The notes under the pieces are model-generated. The model saw only the letters and a list, made by a program, of their open reading frames with translations. It searched no databases and was not told the DNA's origin. Shown in pieces: positions 50,331 to 64,000 of a stretch of DNA of 64,000 bases. The position numbers and the translations under genes are program-made. Source of the stretch: Octopus sinensis (taxonomy: Eukaryota); the NCBI RefSeq assembly GCF_006345805.1, contig NC_043005.1:54374001-54438000 (forward strand), given 5' to 3'. Each line of letters begins with the position of its first letter. Position 1 is the first letter of the stretch.

Positions 50331-50744
50331 CATATATGGTACCTTTTGATAATGTGATTGTATGTTTTCATTGTTTATGTACTTATTCAAAGTGAAAAAA
50401 GATACCATTTTGTTTTTTGGGGGGTTTTTTTTTACCATTTGGCATACACATTCATGCAACCCTTTCCACTGTTTAAGAAGGTAATTAGCTAAACTAAATA
50501 CATTACTGTACCTATCATGGTCAACTGTGTCTTTCATTTTTCTCAGATTAATAAAACCTGGCACCAATCAGGTACTAGAATTTAGTTAATTCACTATAAA
50601 CCCTCCTACAATATATAAATTTCGGTGAACGTTAGAGATAAATATTAAGTCAATGACCTTTAGGATCCAAGCTCAAAATCCTACCAGATTTGTTATTCAT
50701 CCCCCCAGTTTAGTAAAATAAATAGGGTAAAATGTAAAGACACA

Positions 50745-51068
50745 CTTTGGTCATGAATCACCACGGGATTGCACCTAGAAAGTTGCTCCCCTCTGAAGCA
50801 CAAGTCTGAGCAAGGTTGTTTATGAAGGCCAGCAGTCACCCATGCATACCAGCCTCTCCTCTCCATGCCACTGATGTAGTCCAAAGGAAAAGCAGAGGCC
50901 AATACAGCTTGGCACCAGTGATATTGCAACTCATTTCTATAGCTGAGTGAACTGGAGCAACATTAAATAAAGTGTCTTGCTCAAGAACACAACACAGCCT
51001 GATTTGGGAATCAAACTCACTACTTCTTGATTGTGAGCCCGATCCTCTAACCACTGAGCCATGTGCCT
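50745..51068 (-). mobile_element. SINE family F, near full length
   Basis: Reverse tRNA-like head (..TCTAACCACTGAGCCATGTGCC) plus a body matching 11445-11640. Confidence 0.75.
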
Positions 51069-51224
51069 TTACTCACAATAAATGCTTAAAGGTTAGCAAT
51101 CTGTATGCTGTGGCAAGCATCAAGCATTTCATTACAACTGTGTTCAAGACAGTTAGAACTGCATGATTGTGAAATAAATCATGAAATAAACAAAGCTGGC
51201 ACTCATATAGTTATGGATTTATAT

Positions 51225-51505
51225 GTTAAAAGCACCTGTGCAGTTCCACATAAAAGCACCCACATGAGATCACATAAAAGTGCCTATGTGGAACCATGTA
51301 AAAGCACTCATGTGGTGCCATGTAAAAGCACCCAGCACACTCTGTAAAGTGGTTAACATCAGGAAGGTCATCCAACTGTAGCAACCATGCCAAATCTGAC
51401 TGGAGTCTGGTGCAGTTTCTCAGCTTGTCAGCTCTGGTCAAACCATCCAGCCCAAGCCAGCATGGACAACAGTTGTTAAATGATAATGATGATGATGATG
51501 ATGAT
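51225..51505 (+). mobile_element. Family G retroelement 3' end with internal tandem units of about 23 bp
   Basis: AAAAGCAC-containing units five times, then AGGAAGG.CATCC..GTTAAAT(GAT)n. Confidence 0.75.
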
Positions 51506-51922
51506 CTCTTTTACTCTTTTTTTCTTTTACTTGTTTCAGTCATTTGATTGCGGCCATGCTGGAGCACCGCCTTTACTTAAGCAAGTCGACCCCAGGACTT
51601 ATTCTTTGGAAGACTAGTACTTATTCTATTGGTTTCTTTTGCCGAACCACTAAGTTACGGGGACATAAACACATCACTATCGGTTGTCAAGCGATGTTGG
51701 GGAGACAAACACAGACACACAAACATATACACACACACACACACATATATACATATATATACGACTGGCTTCTTTCAGTTTCCATCTATCAAATCCACTC
51801 ACAAGGCTTTGGTCAGCCCGAGGCTATAGTAGAAGACACTTGCCCAAGGTTCCACACAGTGGGACTGAACCCGGAACTGTGTGATTGGTAAGCAAGCTAC
51901 TTCCCACACAACCACACCTGCA
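51505..51922 (-). mobile_element. SINE family A, full length
   Basis: Reverse match to 30777-31203. Confidence 0.85.
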
Positions 51923-52179
51923 CCTATGATGATGATGAACTATAATTAAATAATGTTCTAAATTTTGAAAGCATATAACAACACTGGATGAAGATTTCTG
52001 CTACACAAATTAGCTTTCCTGAAATTACTTTGGAGAAGATTCTAAATATAAAGAATCCATTTATTTTTCTCACAAATCTCACATCTGTGACATCGTTTTT
52101 ATGGTACTCTGTCATGGTGATTTTTGCATTCATTTGGTGTCAGCATCCTGAGACGAGATGGTCTATTGTTTCATCAAAT

Positions 52180-53510
<1,331 letters not shown>

Positions 53511-53635
53511 GATAAACTTTTATTACAGTTAATCAGCAACTAATTTTCACCATCTAATGTATCACTATTTAGTTTTTTTATAACTTTATTTTGTATAGTA
53601 TTTTCTTTGTTTCTTTTGGTTCATTTCTTCATGTA

Positions 53636-53639
<4 letters not shown>

Positions 53640-53688
<49 letters not shown>

Positions 53689-54239
53689 ATGTATATATAT
53701 GTTGTGTTGATATATATGTATATATATATATCTATATTTACCTATCTAGCAATATTTATATATATAGATATATATGTGTGTATATCTGTTTGTGTGTATA
53801 TGTATGGATATATGTATAAATATAAATATGTGAGTGTGTGTGTGTGTATACACACATATAGACTTTTTATTTTTTTTATTTTCACTGTAATTTTATTTCA
53901 TTGCTAATAAAAGTCAGATTTATATCATTTTGCATAGACCAAAAACTACATACCATTGTGTACATATACGATGATATGGTATGCTAGAAATATATATAAG
54001 TAAATACCCTTTTTTTTTTTTATTTTATTTTATATTTCTTCACTTCGTCTATATTTTTTTTATTTTATATTTTTCTATATATTACCACACAACCAATGAA
54101 GTAGAAGTTACTTTTGAAGTAAATGTATGACGAACAAAATTATCCATTTGTTGTTGTCAGTGGTATTGTTGTGGTTTTGTGATATATATATATATAATAT
54201 ATATATATATTATATATATATATACATAGATATATATAC

Positions 54240-54271
<32 letters not shown>

Positions 54272-54630
54272 GTATAAATGTTTATATGTATATGTATATA
54301 TATATATATTATATATATATATATATATATATTGTTTTTGGTGAGAGAAATGATAAAAAGCTCAATATTTCGACCATAAATAAACATTTAAATTGAACTT
54401 AACCATAGTTTAGGTGTAAAGGCACTGCACTGATATTTGATAATTTGATAATTGCATTTGCTGCAAACCACTATTTGTGTCATCTGAAAATACATTTAAA
54501 ATCCATTATAAATATAAACATCAATATACATGTATGTGTTGTATAAAGCTCTGCACATTTGTTTGTTTGCTGGTTTCTTTCTTTGTATTTGTATGTGTGA
54601 ATGAGTCTGCATAAATTGAATCCCCCACCT

Positions 54631-54669
<39 letters not shown>

Positions 54670-54925
54670 CATGTATATATGTATGATATGTGATATAAAG
54701 ATATATGTATGTATATGTATATATAAATATATATATATATTTGCAAATATAATGTATGATATATATGCCCACACAAACATATATATATATCCTATGTATG
54801 TACAATATACATTTATATATACGTGTGTGTGTGTGTAATGGAGTACACATTTTAGTTACAAATGACAGTAAGAGCATTGAATAGATGTCACATTTATATA
54901 TATATATATATATGTATACATATAT

Positions 54926-54981
<56 letters not shown>

Positions 54982-56322
54982 GTATATATATATATTTATA
55001 AAATATACATATGTATCTATTCAACATACATACATATGTATATGAATATCTATCTATCTATCTATATATATATATATATATGCGTATGTGTATATATTAA
55101 CACATATATTTATATACCTACACGCACACACACACACACATTCAAAACTCACACAATAACATATATATTAACGTATACCTGCACCCACACACCTACATGA
55201 TTTGAAAGCTGTTTAATGTCTGAAAAAGAGATTGATGATACACATATAGACAAAGCACACAACGAGCCACATGTATATAAAGATACATACATATATATGC
55301 ATATATAAAACACACATATTTTATAGATATATATATTTGTGTGTGTTTATATATATATTATATATACATATATGTATTAAATACATATATATACATATAC
55401 ATACACATATATACAAGTGTGTGTATATATATATATATATGTAAGCATACACACATGAATATATATACATATTTATTCATGCATATACAGACACACACAT
55501 ATGCACCCACACATATCAACCAAAACGCACTGGCTAATTTCCAAATGATATAATTTTTTTTTTACTATGTGCTGCCAAATTTAGACTTAATTCTTTTGAA
55601 ATTTTTTGGTTTAGTTTCCAACCAACATGGATATTAAATTATTGGAAGAATTACTTAGCAACAATATTTATTATGATGCCAACGTTATTTGATTTAATTT
55701 TCTCATATTTTGGGGGGTTTCAGGTTGGTATTTTTTTTTATATATATATGTATATATTTTGCTTCAATATTGATTGATTAATTAATGTATTTATGTGTGC
55801 TTTTATTTATTTTCAATAAACTATATTTTAGCCACAAAAGACAGGCTATGTTAAATATATCCTTTTATAATGCCTCGTATCGTTTTAACACAATTCAACC
55901 TGGTATGCATTCGGGGTCAAGCAAGATCAGCCAAATATGTGCACTGACACACACATACACGTACACGTGTGTCTGTGTGGGTGTGTGGGTGTGCGTGTAT
56001 ATGTATATATTTATATATCACATATATACATATATGTATATATAGATATATATTTGCATATTTGCATGTAAGTTTACATATATACATAGTTATATGTACG
56101 TATGTATATACACATGTACATTCATATATTTATATATATAAATATCTATATAACATATGTATGTATATATGAATATAGATATACAGTGCATATATATATG
56201 CATGTGTGTGTGTATGTATAATATATATAAATGTATATATACACATATACACACATATATATTTATAAATACCCACTCACATACACCACATATATGCACA
56301 CACAATCTCACACATGCACACA

Positions 56323-56358
<36 letters not shown>

Positions 56359-56365
56359 ACACACA
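53640..56365. repeat. Long TA/CA-dominated microsatellite field
   Basis: Direct reading. Confidence 0.85.
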
Positions 56366-56758
56366 TATATGTATATTGATTTGTTTGTCGTTTTTGTCAG
56401 TGTTTTATGGGAAAATGTTGCACATTTAATCGGAAAGCACTAAAGCACTCACAAACAGATTTTTGGATTCTGTGACCTGATTTCAATTCCAATTTGCTCC
56501 TACTTCAATTTTCTTGGGCCTACATATATATCACAGTTACATTTTATGAATCTAGTTCATTGCACCCGCTTTATGTTAGTGTCATGGTTGGGAGATTTCT
56601 TCAGACATTGCTGAGCGGTTAAGAGATGTTAGCTGTGCAACTACATAATACTGAGTTTTCTTGAGTATCCTTTGTTTGGCCACAGACCTGCAAATGTTCA
56701 GTCATTCGTTTTTACCTCAGTTGTTTTTCCAGGCTAATATGAGTTCGGCAAATATATA

Positions 56759-57293
56759 TTAGGTTGGGGAAAAGATTTGTGTGCCGAATTTGTGCCAAAT
56801 GATCATGCCATCAATGCTGAACTTTACTGCAAGCAACTTGATCGAGTCTACAAAGCACTGGTTAAAAAGTACCCAAGACTTGTTTATCGAAAACACTCTT
56901 TGTTTCTACAAGACAATGCAATGCCACATCAGCCAGAAAGACCAGCAACAAGCTTGAAGAATTGGACAGTGTGGAAGTTCTGCCACATCCAACTTATAGT
57001 CCAGATCTGAGACCGTAGTCCATCTAACTACAGTCTCCTCTGATCAATGCAGCACTTTATGAAAGGTCACAATATGAGTCATTCAATGAAGTCGTAAAAG
57101 CCTGCCAAGAATTTTTCGATTCAAAGCCAAAGGACTGGTATTTTGACCAAATTCAAAAGCTTATAGACCATTGACAGAAAGTCTTGGAAAATGATGATTT
57201 TTATTTTGAAGAATAGTTGTTGCTTTTGAATAAATTCTTGCATTAAAAAAATCATTATTTTAACACGGTGCACAAACTTTTTCATCAACCTAG
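56759..57293 (+). mobile_element. Internally deleted mariner with both TIRs and TA TSD
   Basis: TA|TTAGGTTGGGGAAAAGATTTGTGTGCCG ... CGGTGCACAAACTTTTTCATCAACCTAG|TA. Encodes only C-terminal transposase: INAELYCKQLDRV..LQDNAMPH..LPHPTYSPDL. Confidence 0.9.
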
Positions 57294-59589
57294 TATAATC
57301 ATGATATTGCTTTTGAGTCATGAGCTCTTCTCATCACTAATCTGTACCTGTTTTCCAAGTAAGGTTTTTTTTATTCTACACACCTTCAAAGGCAAACAAC
57401 TAGTGGTCAGTTTGAACACAATGAAATGACAACTATGTCAATAACTTTTCATGCAATGCACATAGGATATTAGCATTTATAGAGATAAATATTTGCATGC
57501 ACACACACACACACACTCATGCACACATATGTGACAGTTTCATACAGCTTCTGTTTGCCATATTCATTTGTAAGTCATTGGTCAGCTCAAGGTTACAGTA
57601 GAATGGTCTGGCTCCAGATGCAACGCTTTAGGACTGAATCTAAAAATCAAGAGTTTTTGAGAAGAAAACTTCACAGACAGAAATTATGTAGGAGCCTTTT
57701 GAAAGAACCGTTCTTTTTTCTTATGTAGCAGAATTAATTTGATAGTAGTCTCTTGTAGCCCAAGAAAGATTATTCTGCAATTTCTTGCCAATCAGTCGGC
57801 ACAGATGACTAGTTTATAATGATCAAATGTTTATTCTGTATATTAGCTCACTCTCTCCATCAAATCGATGCTGCCTGAACAGCTGCATAATATATCACAT
57901 GTCAGGTGTTGAAGTGATTGCAGAGCAGCATGAAATTAAGTGTTTTGGTTCAAAAACATAATGCACCACCGGACAATTGTGAGTACAGCAACCTAAACCA
58001 CTTGTCTATACATCCTTACAGAATTAATCTATTTCCCAGTTTGACACTACCATCACCAGGCACATAGGTATTTCAACAGAGTCCACTGTCTTACAAGCAG
58101 GACACCTGAGATCTACACAACCCTTAACATTTCATCATCACTGCAAGAGCAAGTGGTTAGCACAGCAGTACTGAGAGGGCTAATAAGCGTCTGAAGAAAG
58201 TAGAATGGACTTATGAATTTAAAGACATTTCTGATCCATCAAAACCATAGAGCATACCAAAGCGGTGTCATATTGCAGATATTGAATCAAAAGTAATAAG
58301 CTTAATGGTAAATGGGAGAAAGCCTAGTCACATTTGTGACAGCAAAATATACTAGAGGCCTCTCTTGAGGAGCTCAAACCATACTAAATGAACAAAAGGA
58401 ACTGGTAGACAACAACCACTTGTAGAGGCTGTAGAGTATGCATCAGTACTTCAAGTCATACAGCTTCTTGCAGCCACAAGGATATATGATATATGTAATC
58501 TTCATTTCAAGAAACCAATGAACAGGAGGCAGAAGAACAAAAGATAGAATATCACCTTCCAAATGGTACCATCCCACCATTTTGCAATAAGTAGAATGAG
58601 ATGGAAAAAAAAAACAAAAAGAGCAAACTGTTGGAAAGAGTATTGTAAGAAAAAAATAAACCCACAAAAAAAAAGAAGAAAAAACAAACTGACAATGGGC
58701 TATCTAGAATGCACAAGAAGCTGTTTCTTTAAACAGCTACATTTACAGTGCTTCATATAGAAAGGGAACCTTTAATAAATGAGCTAAACTAATTAAAGGA
58801 AAATGAAATATGCAGATATTGAAAGAAGTGTGATCACACTATGTGAAGCCTACCAGGGATAGATAAATTGTCAGAGCAATTTTTCCATCTACACTAAAAG
58901 TAATAAACAAACCACTTCCAATATGCAGACCCTCTCTAGGCTCACTGTGATACTCAAACCGACGGGATGGTGAAATTAAAGTGCTGGAAAAATCATTGTT
59001 TAGTGTTCATTCTGGTTCTTTACATTCCAAATTCAAATTCAGCATAGGTTTTTACCTTTGTCTTTCCTCCCTCCATGCTCAATAAAATAAAGTACCAGTC
59101 ATTTACTGGAGAAGGGGGGAATGGAATCAACTATTTCCTTTCCCCTGAAAATACTGATATAATAGCTTGATTATACACACACTAACTAATAGTGATTATT
59201 GTATCACTGAAAACTGTGCTTTTGGATTCACTAGTGTTTCATTTTTGGCAATAACAGCTGTTTATTCTTCTTCAAGCCTCTCTTTAACAGTAGTTAGACA
59301 TTGTGAGTAAAGAGAGTTGTTTGGGGATTTTTTCTTTTGTTTGTATTTGTTGTATTTGTATTTATTTATTTACATTTATATTTTTTTTAATGCCAGATTA
59401 TAAAGAATATATTGCAAGCTGGAGTTGTAAGCAGTCTGAACTGACGCACATAAAGAACACTGCCTGAATATATAAATACAGACAAAATATGTATGAAATA
59501 AAAGGAAAAAACGTATTGAAGGAATGCGTAAACACACAAACATGTCATTACATTAATGAGTAGGTTTTTGGTTCCGCAAATACTCACAC

Positions 59590-59853
59590 ACACTCATACA
59601 TACATACAGAAACATATGAACACACACACACAAACACACACACATGTGCGTGCAAACACATATGCATGCACTTCACAAAATTACACATTGAGAATAAGAA
59701 GGATATAGATATGCAAAATATATAGAACAAATACAGATATGTATACATATACACACACATGCACACATACATATATGTAGACACACAGACACACACACAC
59801 ACAATCATGCAAAAATTCTCAAACACTAACATAAACATAAATAGACCCCCCTC

Positions 59854-59886
<33 letters not shown>

Positions 59887-60259
59887 ACACACAAATATAA
59901 CATGTAGACAGACACACAAATACACAGACAGACAAATAGACAAACAGAAAGAGAGAGACAGACGTGCAAACAAACAAACAAGGGAATATTAAACCTGATT
60001 GTCTGACATATATTTTGGCTACTGTTTTAGTTGTTCTATTGGTTGTAGAATGGTAAATATTTGACAGAAATAAACCAAGAGGTGATATGTAGATCAGTAA
60101 CAGGTCAACGGTGTTTGCTTAGTTCTTATCTCTCTTACTGCATTCATCATTTAACACTACAGCTAGTGCAGATGCTTTATTAGGTTACACATACATATGT
60201 ACTTAAAGAACTGCATATACCGGGCGTGTGTATGCATGCGTGTGCATATACATATATAT

Positions 60260-60338
<79 letters not shown>

Positions 60339-60401
60339 TATACATATATATATAGACACATATTTTGTATATGTGTATGTGTGTGTTTGTGCTATATATT
60401 A

Positions 60402-60432
<31 letters not shown>

Positions 60433-60460
60433 CAAACATATATGTATATATGTGTATGTA

Positions 60461-60507
<47 letters not shown>

Positions 60508-60680
60508 TTATATATATACACACACACAGACACACATATACATATATATACATACAAATATAGAGACACATAATATATACGTATAGTTCTATACATACAT
60601 ACATACATGCATACACCTATGTATATATATGCATATATAGTCACACATACATAAATATATGTATATACATTTTTATACAG

Positions 60681-60724
<44 letters not shown>

Positions 60725-61030
60725 CAATATCAGCATTTAAATATATAAATTATATATTATATATATATATATATATATAGATAGATAGATAGATAGATAT
60801 ACATGTATAAATGTATGTATATATAAACGTGCATATGTGTATACACACATAAATTTATATGCATATGCATACACAGACACACGGGCACATACTCAGGAAA
60901 CATACACCCAGATTTAGGTATGCTTGCACATGCATTAGTGTATATATATATATATATATACATATATATAATTAGTGCTGTATAGTTGGACACATATAAT
61001 CTTATAACCTGTACATGTATGTCTGTGTAG
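59590..61030. repeat. CA/TA/GATA microsatellite field
   Basis: Direct reading. Confidence 0.85.
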
Positions 61031-61629
61031 ATATGTAGTGATAGTGGTGGTGGTGGGGAGACAAAACGAGAGAGACAGAGAAGGAATTGAATACTATGTA
61101 TAGTTAAAACATACTTAGAGAAAACAAAATTGATACATGTACTTTATCTAAATTGTATGTTTATTAGAAAAAAGTATACCTTACACTTCAAATTATCAAA
61201 AAATACAAAAAGAGAGAGGAAAGGTATGAGTGTGTTAGAGAGAAAGAGAGAGAAACAAAAATTACATAGAAACAAAAATTAGACAGATAAAAAAAATTGT
61301 TATGTATGTACTTTATGAAATTGTAGTGTACACATTTATATGTGTGTGTGTGTGCATGTATGCTTGAATGTGTGTGTTTTTTTTGTTATTGTGTTTGCAT
61401 GTGATTGTATTGTATGTATGCAAAATATACATTTGCATATTAAATATGTTTCTATACATTTATGTATGTGTGTATATTTGTGTTCATTTATGTAAACATA
61501 TAGGCAAAAAAGAATATATGGAAGAGAAAGAAAATTTGGGAGACTGAGATTGATAGACAAACATGTCAATAGATAGAAGGGAACAGGAATCACTCCTTTT
61601 GTAAACTGGAGACAATATACATGCACAGC

Positions 61630-61738
<109 letters not shown>

Positions 61739-61739
61739 G

Positions 61740-62200
61740 TATTTCTTTATTAGCCACACAGGGCTGAAGACAGAGGGGACAAAATACAAAGTAGAGTTTT
61801 TCTTTTGGGCAAGGAAAGAAAAAAAGTGGGGTAGAATTTCGATCAATAGGGATCAAGGAAAAAAAAACGATCAAAAAGGATCATGTATCACAGAAAAGTC
61901 ATAATGTAAAAGGGGAAACAGATTAGGTTTATCCATGGACAGAAAAGCCTATGGAAAAGACCACAGGAACCTCAGAAAATAATGTCATGCAAAAACACAT
62001 TTCAGTAAGCGACTCACTTTTTTCTTTTCTTTTTCTGATTTATAGGATTATGTTCAAGGTGGCTCCATCATTCACACGTGCCATCCTTGCTACATTTACC
62101 CATCTTTTTTTGAAACATTCACTAGACAAAACTTCCCTCTCTATTAAGCAACTGACCCTGACTGGGAAGATCTCTAAACAGATATCTGACTTGTTTTGCA
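61740..62200 (-). mobile_element. LINE 3' fragment (ORF C-terminus and 3' UTR), probably L1/Tx1-like
   Basis: Minus frame IEREVLSSECFKKRWVNVARMARVNDGATLNIIL*, then a UTR ending TTGTCCCCTCTGTCTTCAGCCCTGTGTGGCTAATAAAGAAATA. The clade call rests on the F..RW terminal motif and recollection. Confidence 0.55.
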
Positions 62201-62261
62201 GAATTTGTTGCAATTGCTACCTCCAGAGTCATATCCCAATGATGATTATATTCGTCGCAAA

Positions 62262-62545
62262 AAAAATCATGTAAAAAAATTGTTAAAATCAAGTGCAGAA
62301 ATGAAAACATAGCAATCCAAAATTTCAGGATTACAGGTGCAGATTCAACCCAGAATGTTTTTAAGTTACTCATGGAGTTAGCCTTTACATTATAAAAACT
62401 GTTATCGCTCAAAAATTTTGTCCCAAAAAGTCACGTAAAAAAATTGCCAAAAACAATCACAGTAATGAAAACTTGGGAATTCAAAATTTAAGGATTGTGT
62501 GTCTAGAATGTTTTTAATTTACTCATGGAGTCAGCCTGATTCCAA
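62262..62545. repeat. Diverged tandem duplication, period about 165 bp
   Basis: CA.GTAAAAAAATTG..CAAAATTT.AGGATT..AGAATGTTTT..TTACTCATGGAGT.AGCCT occurs twice. Confidence 0.75.
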
Positions 62546-62619
62546 AACGTTGGGCTACAGCCTCTAGGAGTAAAGTTGAAAATGTGTGGTGCACTGACAC
62601 ACTGACATGCATATTTATT

Positions 62620-62775
62620 CATCATCATCATCGTTTAACATCTGTTTTCCATGCTAGAATGGGTTGGACGGTTCAACTGGGGTCTGGGAAGCCAGGAGGC
62701 TGCACCAGGCTCCAGTCTGATCTGGCAGTGTTACTACAGCTGGATGCCCTTCCTAACACCAACCACTCCATGAGT
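62620..62775 (-). mobile_element. Family G retroelement 3' end
   Basis: (CAT)n CGTTTAACATCTGTTTTCCATGCTAG..GCTGGATGCCCTTCCTAAC. Confidence 0.8.
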
Positions 62776-62795
62776 GTATTATATTATATTATATT

Positions 62796-63020
62796 AAGGT
62801 GGTGAACTGGCAGAATCATTAGCACACCAGGTAAAATGCTTAGTACTGTTTCGTCTGCCATTAATTAGGTTTTGAGTTCAAATTCCACCGAAGTTGACTT
62901 TGTCTTTCATCCTCTTGGGGTCAATAAAATTAGTACCAGTTATATACTGGTATCAATGTAGTCAACTTAATCCTTTCCCCAAAAAGATATGAGGCTTGTG
63001 CTTCCAGTAGAAAGGATTTA
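62796..63020 (+). mobile_element. SINE family D
   Basis: AAGGTGGTGAACTGGCAGAATC..GAGTTCAAATTCC..GTAGAAAGGATT. Confidence 0.8.
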
Positions 63021-63120
63021 TTAAAGTTGGAAAAGCGTGACACACTGAGATTCACCTTTTTTATATTAGATATGTTTAATTTTGAGGAGACTTTATTTCA
63101 ATTAAAATGTATTTTATATA

Positions 63121-63155
<35 letters not shown>

Positions 63156-64000
63156 ATATATATGTATTAAAGAAAGCAAACAAATAAAACAAAAATGACA
63201 GTGTTCAGTATGTTGGCAACAGGATATTTTTATCAAAGAGACATGGTTAAGCAAAGCTGTACACTATCTCCCTCTTTCTCTCACATACCCACTCTTTCTC
63301 ACTCTTGTTATTACTCCCACTGCCACCATCAACACTACTACTTTTAATAAAACATCATCAACTCTCCCTAAATTTCTTTGTCTCTCTTTCTCTCCCTCTC
63401 TATTTGTCCTCACCACCACCCTCACCATCTTTATGCCTACTATTACTCTCACTCCATCATGAGGAATAGTAGGAGTGTCATTGAATAGTGAGAGAGGGGG
63501 GGGGGGTCTAAGTGTGACACATTGACACACAGAAATTAGTTTTCGCATTTATTATATTGAAAGTAATTTATCCATGTACACATACATACTGCTCTATCTT
63601 ATATGCTGTATACGTTTTGTAACTCTCAGTACATGTTGACTGTGTATAGATTATATATTCTATGCTACTGTACAGGTACTTTTTACTATTCAATATTCTA
63701 TTTTCATTAGTGAAACTCTGTGTCTGCCCTCTCTGCCTATTTTCTTAGGCCATCATGATTATCTTCCTTCATTCCCTATCTCAATTCAATTGGTTTTTCC
63801 CTTTTCAATTGTTAGCTCTCCTCAAAGTTTATTAGTTTCTTTACACTTTTTATCTAATTCCTCCATTTTAACTTATTTTGTCCATCACCCCACCATCTCT
63901 GCCTCTTCGGTTCTCACCTAATTCAACTGACCTGGCCTTTACTATTTCCTTCCTACTCCACTTACCTGGCCCTTGCTGCAAACTCATACTAATATTCATC

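Overview
Very AT-rich, microsatellite-saturated eukaryotic DNA with no recognisable intact host gene. The repeat families and composition look like a coleoid cephalopod (Octopus-like), intronic or intergenic; that assignment is from recalled similarity and is not proven here. Almost all ORFs in the supplied track are translations of (TA)n, (CA)n, (TATG)n, (GATA)n or (CAT)n arrays. The explainable complex sequence is a layered transposon record: at least five tRNA-type SINE families (my labels A, B, C, D, F; about 30 copies), two decayed Penelope-like retroelements (RT plus GIY-YIG, minus strand), RTE, CR1, RLE-type (R4/Dong-like) and probable Tx1-like LINE fragments, three mariner remnants, and hAT-, piggyBac-, Helentron-like and fold-back MITEs, several with visible target-site duplications. 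The most notable signals are: two minimal hammerhead-ribozyme-like motifs at 3.65-3.84 kb, one masked by a perfect inverted repeat; a SINE family sharing its 3' tail with a LINE fragment at 61.7-62.2 kb; long hairpins at 21.1 and 30.4 kb; and a few isolated candidate exons that cannot be assigned to a known gene. I found no clearly new biological system. All translations and alignments were done by eye, so element boundaries are approximate unless defined by a TSD or TIR.
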